The notes: generated from the sequence alone by a model not told the origin. A DNA stretch of 27,152 nt from an uncultured virus (IMG/VR IMGVR_UViG_3300033141_004135) (IMGVR_UViG_3300033141_004135), one strand, 5' to 3'; shown: positions 1-8,619, counted from the stretch's first letter. Numbers and translations: made by a program.

Positions 1-1429
1 TCCCCTTTATTTTAGGGATGGCAACAGCATTCTCTGGATCAACGATGAATTGTTTCGTATCTTCATCATAAGATCTATTTCCTCTGCTCGTGGTTAACGA
101 AATATAAACCGTAGAGGACGGTAGATCAACGTCCAATCCATTACTATACTTAGCGAACACATTTTGATTACTTTCCAGCGAATAATCAGTCAATATTAAT
201 TTTGGCGATGAGCCTTCTCTACTATAAACACCAGAAAACGCACATTCACAGATCGCAAAGGAATTGAAGTCTATCTTGTCCCAGACACCACCATCATCCT
301 TAATGATCTCTCCATCCTCATCCTTTAGGGCTCTATATTTCATGTGGTAATCGTTAATATCGGCTAAATCAATTATCGGTATGTAATCAAGCTCCGTATA
401 TTTCTTATAAAGATTATATAATTCTTTTATTTTCTTCGTTTTATCATCTTCTGATAAGGAGTTATAATGTTCTACGATCGCTAAAGCTTTTGCTCTAATC
501 CTTTTATTTATGGCTCTAATGATATCAGTGATCTTGATTTTCGATTCGCTAACATCTATCGACTCTCCAGACATGTTCACTTGTAAGAAAAGATCATTCG
601 AGTATTTCGTTTCAACCGCCTTTATTTTACAACCCTTAAACCAAATTCCCTTTTTACAAATGAACTTTGGGGAGCTAGGGTTTGCTTGATCTCCATATAA
701 AGTAACCCTTGTGATCAACGCATCTTCAATAGGATTTTTCTGTTTTTTGGTTATAGTACCGTCATCATTCTTGATCTCCTTCACACCAGTGAAAAATCCA
801 ATTCCGAAAATACTCATTTTCCAATTCGGAACTAATGGTCGGCTCCAATTTCTATTCTTATAAACCTCGCCATCCTCCGTATATTGGATTGTTTTCCTAT
901 AATCTCTGGCAACAGGAGTATCTCCCGGTTCCCATAATTCTCCATCAACAACAACCCACTCTCCGTTATTTAGCATCGTCATCTTATTAATGCTCCTCAC
1001 TGGCTTATAAACATCGTTGAAAAACACGTTTTTATTGTCTATTACAGCATCTTTAATTTTCATCAACATGACCTTACTATCACTTCCATCACCGCTTTCT
1101 CCCAATATCATCTTCAACCTATTTTGCGGGTTGGAAAACTCTTTTATGATCTCGTTTCTCATTTTTTCGTTCGTATCGAGTGGTTCTTGGAAGATTCCAA
1201 ATGGGATGATTATGAATTCTTTTCCTCTATTGAACTTTTTGTTTGAATAATAATTTAATAATCCGTTGTAAGTTCTAATATTTATCTTAAAATCGGAGAG
1301 ATTTGGTTCTAAATCAACTATTTTTTCTCTCAAAGCATAAAACAATAATAGTACATCTTGAAAGTCAACATCATTATCATCCGCTATTTTCCTTAATTTT
1401 TCTTTTAAGTTTTCATCTATTTTATCCAT
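1..1429 (-). CDS. Large hypothetical protein (>476 aa, 3' end outside the window); possibly a viral ssDNA-binding/replication protein
   Basis: Manual translation from ATG at 1429 (MDKIDENLKEKLRKIA...) stays open to position 1, so it is absent from the ORF track. It overlaps the stop of the upstream gene by 8 nt. The function is a guess from the replication-gene context. Confidence 0.85.
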   Translation of the reverse strand, partial: MDKIDENLKEKLRKIADDNDVDFQDVLLLFYALREKIVDLEPNLSDFKINIRTYNGLLNYYSNKKFNRGKEFIIIPFGIFQEPLDTNEKMRNEIIKEFSNPQNRLKMILGESGDGSDSKVMLMKIKDAVIDNKNVFFNDVYKPVRSINKMTMLNNGEWVVVDGELWEPGDTPVARDYRKTIQYTEDGEVYKNRNWSRPLVPNWKMSIFGIGFFTGVKEIKNDDGTITKKQKNPIEDALITRVTLYGDQANPSSPKFICKKGIWFKGCKIKAVETKYSNDLFLQVNMSGESIDVSESKIKITDIIRAINKRIRAKALAIVEHYNSLSEDDKTKKIKELYNLYKKYTELDYIPIIDLADINDYHMKYRALKDEDGEIIKDDGGVWDKIDFNSFAICECAFSGVYSREGSSPKLILTDYSLESNQNVFAKYSNGLDVDLPSSTVYISLTTSRGNRSYDEDTKQFIVDPENAVAIPKIKG

Positions 1430-1739
1430 TATTATTTTCTTCACCTATTATTACTGTTATTTTTTTTGTTTTAATTTTAGGCATTTTTTTATTCTTGCCC
1501 AATAATCCTTTACCAAGATCCTCATATATCAATCCGGCATCCAACAAATAAGAAATGTGGAAACTAACAGTTCCCGATGTTATGCCGAGTTTTTCCGCAA
1601 GTTCTTTATGAGACAATCCGTCATTATTTCTAATTACGTCTAACATTTCCAATCTTTTTTCGTTTGCCAAAGATTCGGCAATCACTTTTATTTTTTCCTT
1701 ATCTTTATTCAATTCTAAAAATTCTTCCATATCCATCAT
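1422..1739 (-). CDS. ArsR-like winged-HTH transcriptional regulator
   Basis: SLANEKRLEMLDVI...LSHKELAEKLGITSGTVSFHISYLLDAGLI matches the ArsR/HTH_20 pattern. Confidence 0.85.
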   Translation of the reverse strand: MMDMEEFLELNKDKEKIKVIAESLANEKRLEMLDVIRNNDGLSHKELAEKLGITSGTVSFHISYLLDAGLIYEDLGKGLLGKNKKMPKIKTKKITVIIGEENNNG

Positions 1740-2392
1740 TCATATTTTTTTTCTATAAATTCATCAATCTTATTAAAGAACGAACCAAGATCCCTTTTAT
1801 CATTCTCTATTACATAATCTGGTGTTATATCTTTATATTCGTTTTCCGAAACATGAACATCAACTTCTTCGTCCACAGAATTTACCTTCATCGATATTTC
1901 TTCTCCAGAAACATCTTTTATCAATACTTCTTTTCCAGAAACATCTTTTACCAATAAGATCACGACATTTTTTTGAAGTTTTCTTAAAAACTCTACTTCT
2001 CTTTTGAACCTAACATCTGGAACTACGACGTCCAAAACCGAGTTTCTTGATTTTGAACTTATCACATCATAAGTATGCTTAAATATATTAATCCAGATGT
2101 CGCCTGGAGGAATTTTCAATTGAGGTAATCTACTATAAATGTCTCTTTTGAACAACTCATTTCCAATAGTCTGCATTAGCTGTCTTGGAGATACGCCGTA
2201 CCTATTATCAATCACATCTTTCGAATCCCCTTCTAGTTGCTCATTAGTTAAGAAAAACAAATTCTTACACAACATTTTCAGAGGAGTAGCAAAAGATATT
2301 TTTATGAATGAGTATCCGTTAACTAAATATTCAGCCGCTGTAGACTTACCAGATCTTCTTTTTCCGATAATCCCGATTATAATTTTAACCAC
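1736..2392 (-). CDS. Deoxynucleoside monophosphate kinase (T4 gp1/NCLDV-like)
   Basis: P-loop IGIIGKRRSGKSTAA, plus FATPLK, RQLMQTIG and VVVPDVRFKRE motifs typical of viral dNMP kinases. Confidence 0.88.
   Translation of the reverse strand: MVKIIIGIIGKRRSGKSTAAEYLVNGYSFIKISFATPLKMLCKNLFFLTNEQLEGDSKDVIDNRYGVSPRQLMQTIGNELFKRDIYSRLPQLKIPPGDIWINIFKHTYDVISSKSRNSVLDVVVPDVRFKREVEFLRKLQKNVVILLVKDVSGKEVLIKDVSGEEISMKVNSVDEEVDVHVSENEYKDITPDYVIENDKRDLGSFFNKIDEFIEKKYE
1891..1956. repeat. 30-bp in-frame tandem duplication inside the dNMP kinase gene
   Basis: tcgatatttcttctccagaaacatctttta / tcaatacttcttttccagaaacatctttta; encodes KDVSGKEVLI-KDVSGEEI. Confidence 0.85.
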
Positions 2393-2582
2393 CTCTCTTA
2401 AGTCTCTCTATTTCCTCATTCTTCTTTCTTATGATGCTCTTCAACCTTTTAATCTCTTCGTTTTCCTTATTTTCTATTTCCTCCAATTCAACCGAGAGTA
2501 CTATTATCTTTCTTGCTAATTCATTCTTTTCCTTTATTAACTCTTTCAAATTTACCATTTTTTTCTCACCAAATAAAATCAA
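2385..2582 (-). CDS. Small coiled-coil protein
   Basis: E/K-rich heptad pattern; fills the gap between the RFC and kinase genes with overlapping ends. Confidence 0.7.
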   Translation of the reverse strand: MILFGEKKMVNLKELIKEKNELARKIIVLSVELEEIENKENEEIKRLKSIIRKKNEEIERLKRGG

Positions 2583-3513
2583 ACAAATAAGCCATCTGTA
2601 TTATCTCATTACACCCTCTACGCAACCTCGAATCCACTTTAGCAAATATTTGTGGATTCTTAAAACCCACTGCTTCAAATAACATCTCTAAGAAATGGCG
2701 AACATTCATGCTGTTTTTCTCCCATATTTCTTTAAACGTTTTTAATTTATCATCCGATTCGATGATCCTTTTAATGAATTCTGAATATCTCTCGCCTTGA
2801 TATATCTTATACACATCTTCTTTATACACCATGATTTTCCCGTTTGTTTTCTGCTTGCCTCTAAGAGATTCCAGACAATCATTTAACATCATTCTAAAGT
2901 CCCCTCTATAATATCTAACGATATCTTCCACGATTTCCTTGCTAGAAAAGTAAACATCTTCCTTCATTGATGTTTCAACAAACCATTCTGCTATATCAGA
3001 AAAATTCGGAGTTTCAAATCTAAAAACAGCACACCTACTAAACAACGCTGGCTCTAAGATCCCGCTAATATTATTCATGCTCAAAATAAATATGCAGTTA
3101 TCTTCTGTTTTTTCCATTATTGATCTTAGTGCCAATTGAAACTGAATGGTGGTCGAGTCTACTTCATCTAAGAAGATGATCCTTTTTAATCTAACATCAT
3201 CTCCGTATGAATTCGAAGCTGTTTCAGCAAATACAGATATATTGTTTCTAACTACATCTATGCCTCTATCTTTTGAGGCATTTATTTCCTTATAATCTAC
3301 ATCTCCATCCTCAGTACTCACTGTTATTTCTCTACCGAAATACTCGCTGGCAAACGCATAAGCCGTTGTATTTTTCCCGATTCCGGGTGGACCCACAAAC
3401 ATCATGTGTGGTGGATCCATCGTCCTCAAGTAAGATTTTAGATCCTTCTTTATGTCTTGGTGTCCTACTATTTGATCCAATGTTTTAGGTCGATATTTTC
3501 TTGACAGATTAAT
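2566..3513 (-). CDS. rfcS: Replication factor C (clamp loader) small subunit
   Basis: Box II RKYRPKTLDQIVG, Walker A GPPGIGKNT, EINASKDRGIDVVR, Walker B IIFLDEVD, SRC motif, GDFR. Start extended from TTG 3480 to ATT 3513 to include KYRP. Confidence 0.93.
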   Translation of the reverse strand: MNLSRKYRPKTLDQIVGHQDIKKDLKSYLRTMDPPHMMFVGPPGIGKNTTAYAFASEYFGREITVSTEDGDVDYKEINASKDRGIDVVRNNISVFAETASNSYGDDVRLKRIIFLDEVDSTTIQFQLALRSIMEKTEDNCIFILSMNNISGILEPALFSRCAVFRFETPNFSDIAEWFVETSMKEDVYFSSKEIVEDIVRYYRGDFRMMLNDCLESLRGKQKTNGKIMVYKEDVYKIYQGERYSEFIKRIIESDDKLKTFKEIWEKNSMNVRHFLEMLFEAVGFKNPQIFAKVDSRLRRGCNEIIQMAYLFDFIW

Positions 3514-3527
3514 TTTTAATTACCTCT

Positions 3528-3890
3528 TTATTCTTCCATTAATTCTTCGGATAGAAAATCAGCTACTTCTTCTTTTACTTTATTGTTTTTCGCTAATTTT
3601 GTTTTTTTGGTTTTTGTAGTCGTTTTATTTGACTTGTTTTGCTCATTTTCCTCTTTAATTTCTTTTTTGAAAATGAGACCTCCTCCATAAGGCAATCCTT
3701 GATAAACTATTTCAGATACTAGTTCCCAGCCTTTCTCTCCTACTTCATTCATGAAGTCTTCAAGGTATCTTTCATTTTCTCTTCTTATTGTTATTCCGTC
3801 CTTCCTTCGTTCTCTAAAGACTATGAGTTTATTCTTTTTAGATTCTATAATTTCTGGTGGATATACGATCCTATATTTGTATTTTTTCAT
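3528..3890 (-). CDS. DUF4177-like protein
   Basis: MKKYKYR...LEDFMNEVGEKGWELVS...LIFKKE pattern; basic low-complexity tail. Confidence 0.65.
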   Translation of the reverse strand: MKKYKYRIVYPPEIIESKKNKLIVFRERRKDGITIRRENERYLEDFMNEVGEKGWELVSEIVYQGLPYGGGLIFKKEIKEENEQNKSNKTTTKTKKTKLAKNNKVKEEVADFLSEELMEE

Positions 3891-3928
3891 TTTTCTTTTC
3901 TCCTTTATTTATTTCAATAAAAATACTT

Positions 3929-4237
3929 CTAGATTGCTTCTTTTAATTCTTCTTCTAATTTTTTCTTCAAATCTTCTACGTATTGTTTAAAAATTCTCTG
4001 ATATTCTGTTTTCAACGCTCCAAAATACACCTTAACATCGAAAACAAAATTTGAGATTTTTTCAACTAAAAATGGAACGATTTTTTTACTTTTTTCTAAC
4101 AAAGCAGATGCCAACTTCTTAGTCTCGTCTAAAACAATCGTAGAAATCACTTTCAACTTTAAAAAGATTTTCATTGTTTTTTCTATCATTAACATCACTC
4201 TCCATTTTATTTTATATAATTTGATACTTCTTTTCAT
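3929..4237 (-). CDS. Hypothetical helical protein
   Basis: ATGA overlap with the RFC large gene; the true start may be internal. Confidence 0.6.
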   Translation of the reverse strand: MKRSIKLYKIKWRVMLMIEKTMKIFLKLKVISTIVLDETKKLASALLEKSKKIVPFLVEKISNFVFDVKVYFGALKTEYQRIFKQYVEDLKKKLEEELKEAI

Positions 4238-5301
4238 ATTAATAAGAAATCCCCGATATTCGATTGTTCTAATTTTCTTTTTTTTCTCTTTTTTCCTTTC
4301 TTAGTCTTAATAAATTCTCCAGCTTCCCGTGGTAGCTCCTCTTCTCCAGTTTTTCTTTTAAAAGGAGGGAAATCCATTACATCCTTCATCGTACTCGGTG
4401 GTATTTCTAACAACATTCTTTTTAAGAAACCCCCCTTCATTACCTTCTTATTAGCATCGATGAAAGATACGATTTCCATCACTTTCATCAGTTTTTTATT
4501 ACCGTAAAATTTATGAGCATTCCATCCAATCCAATTATTTATGAAAAAGAACGGGTGAATACAATTATTTATATCATCAATAGTAGCTATCCCTTTTAAG
4601 ATCCTATAAGCTACTATTTTTGAATCTAGCTTTTCGACAACCTCTCTTTTAAACGTGTTTCTTTTTCTTAGCTGATAGTTTAATTTTATTTTCCTCCAAT
4701 CTTTATCATATATTTCCCCCAACAGTTGCTCGTCATTTTCTTCTCCTATTTCTTTCAGCCAGTTTGCTACATCGAGTCTAGAAGGAGGTAAGATCTTCAC
4801 GCTTTTTAACAGTTTTGTTATGTGTTTTGTCGGAGTATTATTAAGAGTTGTTATTATGACTATTGGATGGATTGAATCTTCTATATATTTTTTCACGAGA
4901 GAGTATTTTTTCCAATAGTAGAAATCTCCTTCAATCAAAAACAGAGTGTTATTCTCAGATTTTTGAAATGGTTTATCTCCGAAGTCTTTTAATAATTCAG
5001 ATTCGTTAAATGGATATGAAACCACCAGTCCGAAGTTATTTTTTCTGGCTATGCTCTTAACAATATGTGTTTTTCCAACACCGTTATTTCCGTACACATG
5101 TATTTTTTCTCCGTTTAATATCAATTTTTCTAATTCATGGAAGGCTTTCGGCTGGACGTCATGGTGCATGTATTCAAAATAAGCGTCAATGCATTCGTTT
5201 ATCGGAGTATTCAAGATTCTGGAGATCTCTTCGTATGATCTACCGTTCATGATCCATTTCTTAACGGCTTTTCCAAGCTGTTTTTTTGAAAAAGTTTTCA
5301 T
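4234..5301 (-). CDS. rfcL: Divergent RFC large subunit-like AAA+ protein with N-terminal HTH and C-terminal PIP box
   Basis: Walker A GNNGVGKT, degenerate Walker B (LFLIEGD), PIVII sensor strand, DWRK, basic tail ending QSNIGDFL (PIP box); close to rfcS. Confidence 0.75.
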   Translation of the reverse strand: MKTFSKKQLGKAVKKWIMNGRSYEEISRILNTPINECIDAYFEYMHHDVQPKAFHELEKLILNGEKIHVYGNNGVGKTHIVKSIARKNNFGLVVSYPFNESELLKDFGDKPFQKSENNTLFLIEGDFYYWKKYSLVKKYIEDSIHPIVIITTLNNTPTKHITKLLKSVKILPPSRLDVANWLKEIGEENDEQLLGEIYDKDWRKIKLNYQLRKRNTFKREVVEKLDSKIVAYRILKGIATIDDINNCIHPFFFINNWIGWNAHKFYGNKKLMKVMEIVSFIDANKKVMKGGFLKRMLLEIPPSTMKDVMDFPPFKRKTGEEELPREAGEFIKTKKGKKRKKRKLEQSNIGDFLLI

Positions 5302-5324
5302 TAATTAATTTATATTAAGGTTAA

Positions 5325-5339
5325 CATTTAAACTTTATT
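5325..5339 (-). promoter_or_regulatory. Putative archaeal BRE-TATA promoter (leaderless) for the RFC operon
   Basis: Minus strand AATAAAG-TTTAAA-TG; the TTTAAA box (5327-5332) lies ~25 nt upstream of the ATG at 5301, and there is no SD motif. Confidence 0.5.
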
Positions 5340-5407
5340 ATTATGTTAAAATAACATATAGATTTTATATATTAATAAAAAACTTTTTTTAATAAATAGA
5401 TTTCAAC

Positions 5408-5899
5408 TTACTCTACTTCTTTGGGGGCTATGAGGAACGCTCCTACATCATTCTTGATTATCAGAGGGAATCCTCTTTCTTCATTGGAGAGCCAGATTTC
5501 TGCGTTCGGAGTAAGCTTGAGAGCCCAACGAATATAGATTGGTTCATACGTCCATTTTTTCAGAGATTTCCACAGTTCTGGAGTAAAAGGCTTGCTGTTC
5601 CACTCTTTCTTATATTTCTCAAAATCGAAGTTCAAAACAAAGGCTATTGTCTTAACACAATTTGTTATGACGATCTCTCCGAAAACTCCAGTCGTTCCAA
5701 ATTTAATGAAACACTCATATGTTTTATAAGAAAAGCTCTTTTTGAATACTTCTATGTCCTTACAATTTCTTCTTTCTTCTGGAGTTCCATCGCAATCTCC
5801 TTCGGCGTACTCCCAACATGTCTCTGCACATAGTTCATTTAAATACATCCTTTCAATAAAAAAACAATTATTTTCAAGCCACTTTTCTGGATTTATCAT
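5408..5899 (-). CDS. Hypothetical protein with a PCNA-like C-terminus
   Basis: Ends GFPLIIKNDVGAFLIAPKEVE; Cys-rich N-terminus; adjacent to the RFC genes. Confidence 0.75.
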   Translation of the reverse strand: MINPEKWLENNCFFIERMYLNELCAETCWEYAEGDCDGTPEERRNCKDIEVFKKSFSYKTYECFIKFGTTGVFGEIVITNCVKTIAFVLNFDFEKYKKEWNSKPFTPELWKSLKKWTYEPIYIRWALKLTPNAEIWLSNEERGFPLIIKNDVGAFLIAPKEVE

Positions 5900-6349
5900 T
5901 TTAAATTCCTATTTTTTCTAGATCTCTCGCTAAGATTAGGCAGCCTAATAATCTCCGAATTGAATTCTTACAGATAAAATCTCTAACTCTCTCAAAAACC
6001 AGATTGAAATCACACGCTCCACAAGGGACTTTTTCTCCCAAAGAGCACAATTTACAATCTGGAGTCAACCCTTTTCTCTTAAACATTCTTTTGCAGCGTC
6101 TACAGATGTCATCTTTTATAGGACAATTCACATAAAGATCCTTTCCTTCTTGTACTAATCGATACCCTATAAATTCACAAGGAGATTTAATTATCATCTT
6201 TTTTAATCCATCAACGAAAGGTTTTATCGCAATCTTTAAAGATTTAAATTCTCTGAAGTAATCGATGAATGCCGGGTAGATTACGTCCATAAAAAAATGA
6301 AACATGTATTTCTTTTTGATTTTTATCATTTTAAATTCCTATTTTTTCT
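5892..6349. repeat. 28-bp perfect direct repeats (5892-5919 and 6322-6349) bracketing one gene
   Basis: tttatcattttaaattcctattttttct occurs twice, 430 bp apart. Confidence 0.9.
5901..6329 (-). CDS. Cys-rich hypothetical protein (paralog of 18909-19268)
   Basis: CRRC, CKLC, CGAC motifs; C-terminal SIRRLLGCLILARDLEKI. Confidence 0.8.
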   Translation of the reverse strand: MIKIKKKYMFHFFMDVIYPAFIDYFREFKSLKIAIKPFVDGLKKMIIKSPCEFIGYRLVQEGKDLYVNCPIKDDICRRCKRMFKRKGLTPDCKLCSLGEKVPCGACDFNLVFERVRDFICKNSIRRLLGCLILARDLEKIGI

Positions 6350-6350
6350 C

Positions 6351-6554
6351 CTATTTTTTCTTTTTTAGAATATATGGTATGTCATTTTCCTCAAAAAAAT
6401 GCTCTAGATAAGATATAAACTCATCTAGATAGAATCCTTGATGATACCAATCATCATCGTGAAAGGGGAAGGGACAGTCTGGATCCCTTCTAATAAAAAC
6501 ATCAACAATCTTATTTTTATCGTCATATTCAAACAATCTAGGTTTCAACAACAT
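6351..6554 (-). CDS. Hypothetical protein
   Basis: 67-aa ORF in a tightly packed operon. Confidence 0.65.
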   Translation of the reverse strand: MLLKPRLFEYDDKNKIVDVFIRRDPDCPFPFHDDDWYHQGFYLDEFISYLEHFFEENDIPYILKKKK

Positions 6555-6659
6555 TCAACTCCAGTAATCTAGAATTAGTAAGATGAATATGGTGATCACA
6601 TACCCCACAACACAACCATCTAATAATTTTATAAAAAAGAATGTGAGAATCTTATTCAT
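6555..6659 (-). CDS. Small hydrophobic (single-TM) peptide, 34 aa
   Basis: MNKILTFFFIKLLDGCVVGYVITIFILLILDYWS; GAGGT SD upstream; its stop abuts the next ATG. Below the ORF-track cutoff. Confidence 0.55.
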   Translation of the reverse strand: MNKILTFFFIKLLDGCVVGYVITIFILLILDYWS

Positions 6660-6691
6660 GTTTTAATAACCTCTTTTTTTTTAAAAAAAAA

Positions 6692-6970
6692 TTAATAATT
6701 CATTGTTCTTTTCATGATCGGGAAAATACCAGATCTCTCCATCGGGCAATAATCAAACTTGTTCCTACTGCAAACGGTTTCATAGCCGTTTATGATACTA
6801 CAGACGAACTCGAGTAAGAAATCATTAACAATATCCACCGCAACCCTATTAGGAGAGACATTTTTCCTATATTTAAACGAATTTAAGAATATGGTTATCT
6901 CTCCATCGACATTACAAGCTTCAGCTCCTTCGTCCTCTGGATCCCAATCTAGCTTGAGATTAAGTTTCAT
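6692..6970 (-). CDS. Hypothetical protein
   Basis: ATGA overlap with the upstream gene; AGGAG upstream. Confidence 0.7.
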   Translation of the reverse strand: MKLNLKLDWDPEDEGAEACNVDGEITIFLNSFKYRKNVSPNRVAVDIVNDFLLEFVCSIINGYETVCSRNKFDYCPMERSGIFPIMKRTMNY

Positions 6971-7188
6971 CTCCTACTCACGAATACTGTATTATCTTTA
7001 TTGTCTGATAAGTAAGGCGAACCGAAAGACGAGTACACCATGGCACCGCACTTCGGACATTCGAACAGATCCCCCCTATGGATCTGAACCATTAAATCTG
7101 TCGGATCGTAGTAGCTAACTTGTCTTCCGATATCTATTTTTCTCATTATGAGATTGCATCTGGCACATACAACTTCCATTTCATTCAC
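6967..7188 (-). CDS. Small zinc-ribbon protein
   Basis: CARC ... FECPKCG; AGGAGGTG SD suggests the start is the second ATG (MEVVC). Confidence 0.75.
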   Translation of the reverse strand: MNEMEVVCARCNLIMRKIDIGRQVSYYDPTDLMVQIHRGDLFECPKCGAMVYSSFGSPYLSDNKDNTVFVSRR

Positions 7189-7233
7189 CTCCTTTGTTTT
7201 TTCTTTATCATATCATTTAAATCCGTTTTCCTT

Positions 7234-7416
7234 CTACTCCTTTTTATCATTAATATTCTCGATAAGTTCATAAAAGTCTTCAAAAAACTTCCAGGCTTCA
7301 TCAGACAACTTCACTCCATCAAACGATACGATACAGAGAAGTTCTCTCTTTACTTCATACTGAGCTTCACTACTTAGGTTTTTGAATTTTTCAACCCAAT
7401 ATTTTTTATCAGACAT
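7234..7416 (-). CDS. Hypothetical protein
   Basis: GAGGTGG SD; 60 aa. Confidence 0.65.
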   Translation of the reverse strand: MSDKKYWVEKFKNLSSEAQYEVKRELLCIVSFDGVKLSDEAWKFFEDFYELIENINDKKE

Positions 7417-7441
7417 TTTTTATCCACCTCATTTAATTCTA

Positions 7442-7867
7442 TTATTTTGAACCATATCTTTTACTTGGTTTTGTTTTTCTTATTTCTAAAGTGTTCCATC
7501 TCCTATTAATCTTCATCCTAAATCCTCTTTCTTTCAACCGCTCTCTAAATGATTTCTTAAGTGTCTTATTCCCGTTTTTATCGAATTCCAAACAAACATC
7601 TGTTAGATATCTCTGCATCTCACTCCAAGAAAACCACAATACGTTGGTTTTATTTTTCCGGAAATCATTTTTAAGAAAGTTAGCAAACGTTAAAGCATAC
7701 GCCTCCATCGGACCGTAAGATTTGTTAAGATCTAATAGAAGATCCACTTTCTTACTAAGCTCTTTTATTGAGAAAGTTTTTTTAGCTTCCTCGATTTTTC
7801 TCCAGCGTTTTTCTTTTTCTATTAGTTCTTTAAACTTTTTCATTTCTTCTTCGGTTATTTCTGGCAT
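7442..7867 (-). CDS. Hypothetical basic protein
   Basis: 141-aa ORF; AGGTGA SD. Confidence 0.75.
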   Translation of the reverse strand: MPEITEEEMKKFKELIEKEKRWRKIEEAKKTFSIKELSKKVDLLLDLNKSYGPMEAYALTFANFLKNDFRKNKTNVLWFSWSEMQRYLTDVCLEFDKNGNKTLKKSFRERLKERGFRMKINRRWNTLEIRKTKPSKRYGSK

Positions 7868-8283
7868 ATTTCTTTCACCTTTTTTTCTCTACAGGTTTTT
7901 GAGCAAAAGGTCATTAATTTTTTATCGTTAAAGATGTTATTATGAAATATTGGATGTGATACGAAACCACCGCAATAATCACACACGCACATGTTATATA
8001 TCTCGTCTACTGTATTTTTATCTAACGTACAATAATATATTTTTTTCCTCGTTATTTTTTTGTTTCTCCTACTTTTTATTATATCTCCTCTCAGTGGTTT
8101 CATCTTCATCGTGATGCTTTCATTTCTGATCAATAAAGCTTCATGAAGATCGTCTATAGTACATCCATCTTCCTTGCTCACCAATGCTTTGAGCAATTTT
8201 ATATTACTCAGTATGAGACTGGGATTTTTACACCCCATCTTCTCTCTTATCATCTCTATTATTTTTCCTCTGGGGTTTTTCAA
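7855..8283 (-). CDS. Winged-HTH plus TRASH/MYM-type zinc-finger regulator
   Basis: N-terminal GCTIDDLHEAL...KIYY (wHTH-like); C-terminal CDYCGG...TFCSKTC. TTG start with AGGAG SD. Confidence 0.65.
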   Translation of the reverse strand: MKNPRGKIIEMIREKMGCKNPSLILSNIKLLKALVSKEDGCTIDDLHEALLIRNESITMKMKPLRGDIIKSRRNKKITRKKIYYCTLDKNTVDEIYNMCVCDYCGGFVSHPIFHNNIFNDKKLMTFCSKTCREKKVKEICQK

Positions 8284-8312
8284 ATTTTTTTGATCTCCTT
8301 TTCATTCATTAT

Positions 8313-8385
8313 TTTAATAATATTAATATTGTAAACGTTCTTAATATTAATATATATATGGGTTTACAATATTAATATTATTAAA
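8313..8385. repeat. Perfect 24-bp inverted repeat with 25-bp spacer
   Basis: tttaataatattaatattgtaaac (8313-8336) / gtttacaatattaatattattaaa (8362-8385). Confidence 0.9.
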
Positions 8386-8463
8386 TTTTAAGAGAAAACA
8401 AAAGCAAGCTCCCCAAATCCGCATTTTATAATGGAAAAACTTATAAAGGGGTACATATAAAAA

Positions 8464-8619
8464 CTATATATTTTTCTCATTTTTTTCCGAAATTTTGGGA
8501 GTTTGCTCACTTTTCGTAGATCCAATCCGATGATCAGATCTACCTTTTGATCTCGCTTCCAAATATATCTCGTATTTGAACCTAAGTTCGTGAGGATCGT
8601 AATATTCTTTATTCTTCAT
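8464..8619 (-). CDS. Small hypothetical protein, 51 aa
   Basis: MKNKEYYDPHELRFKYEIYLEARSK...; ATGA overlap with 8616-8774. Confidence 0.5.
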   Translation of the reverse strand: MKNKEYYDPHELRFKYEIYLEARSKGRSDHRIGSTKSEQTPKISEKNEKNI

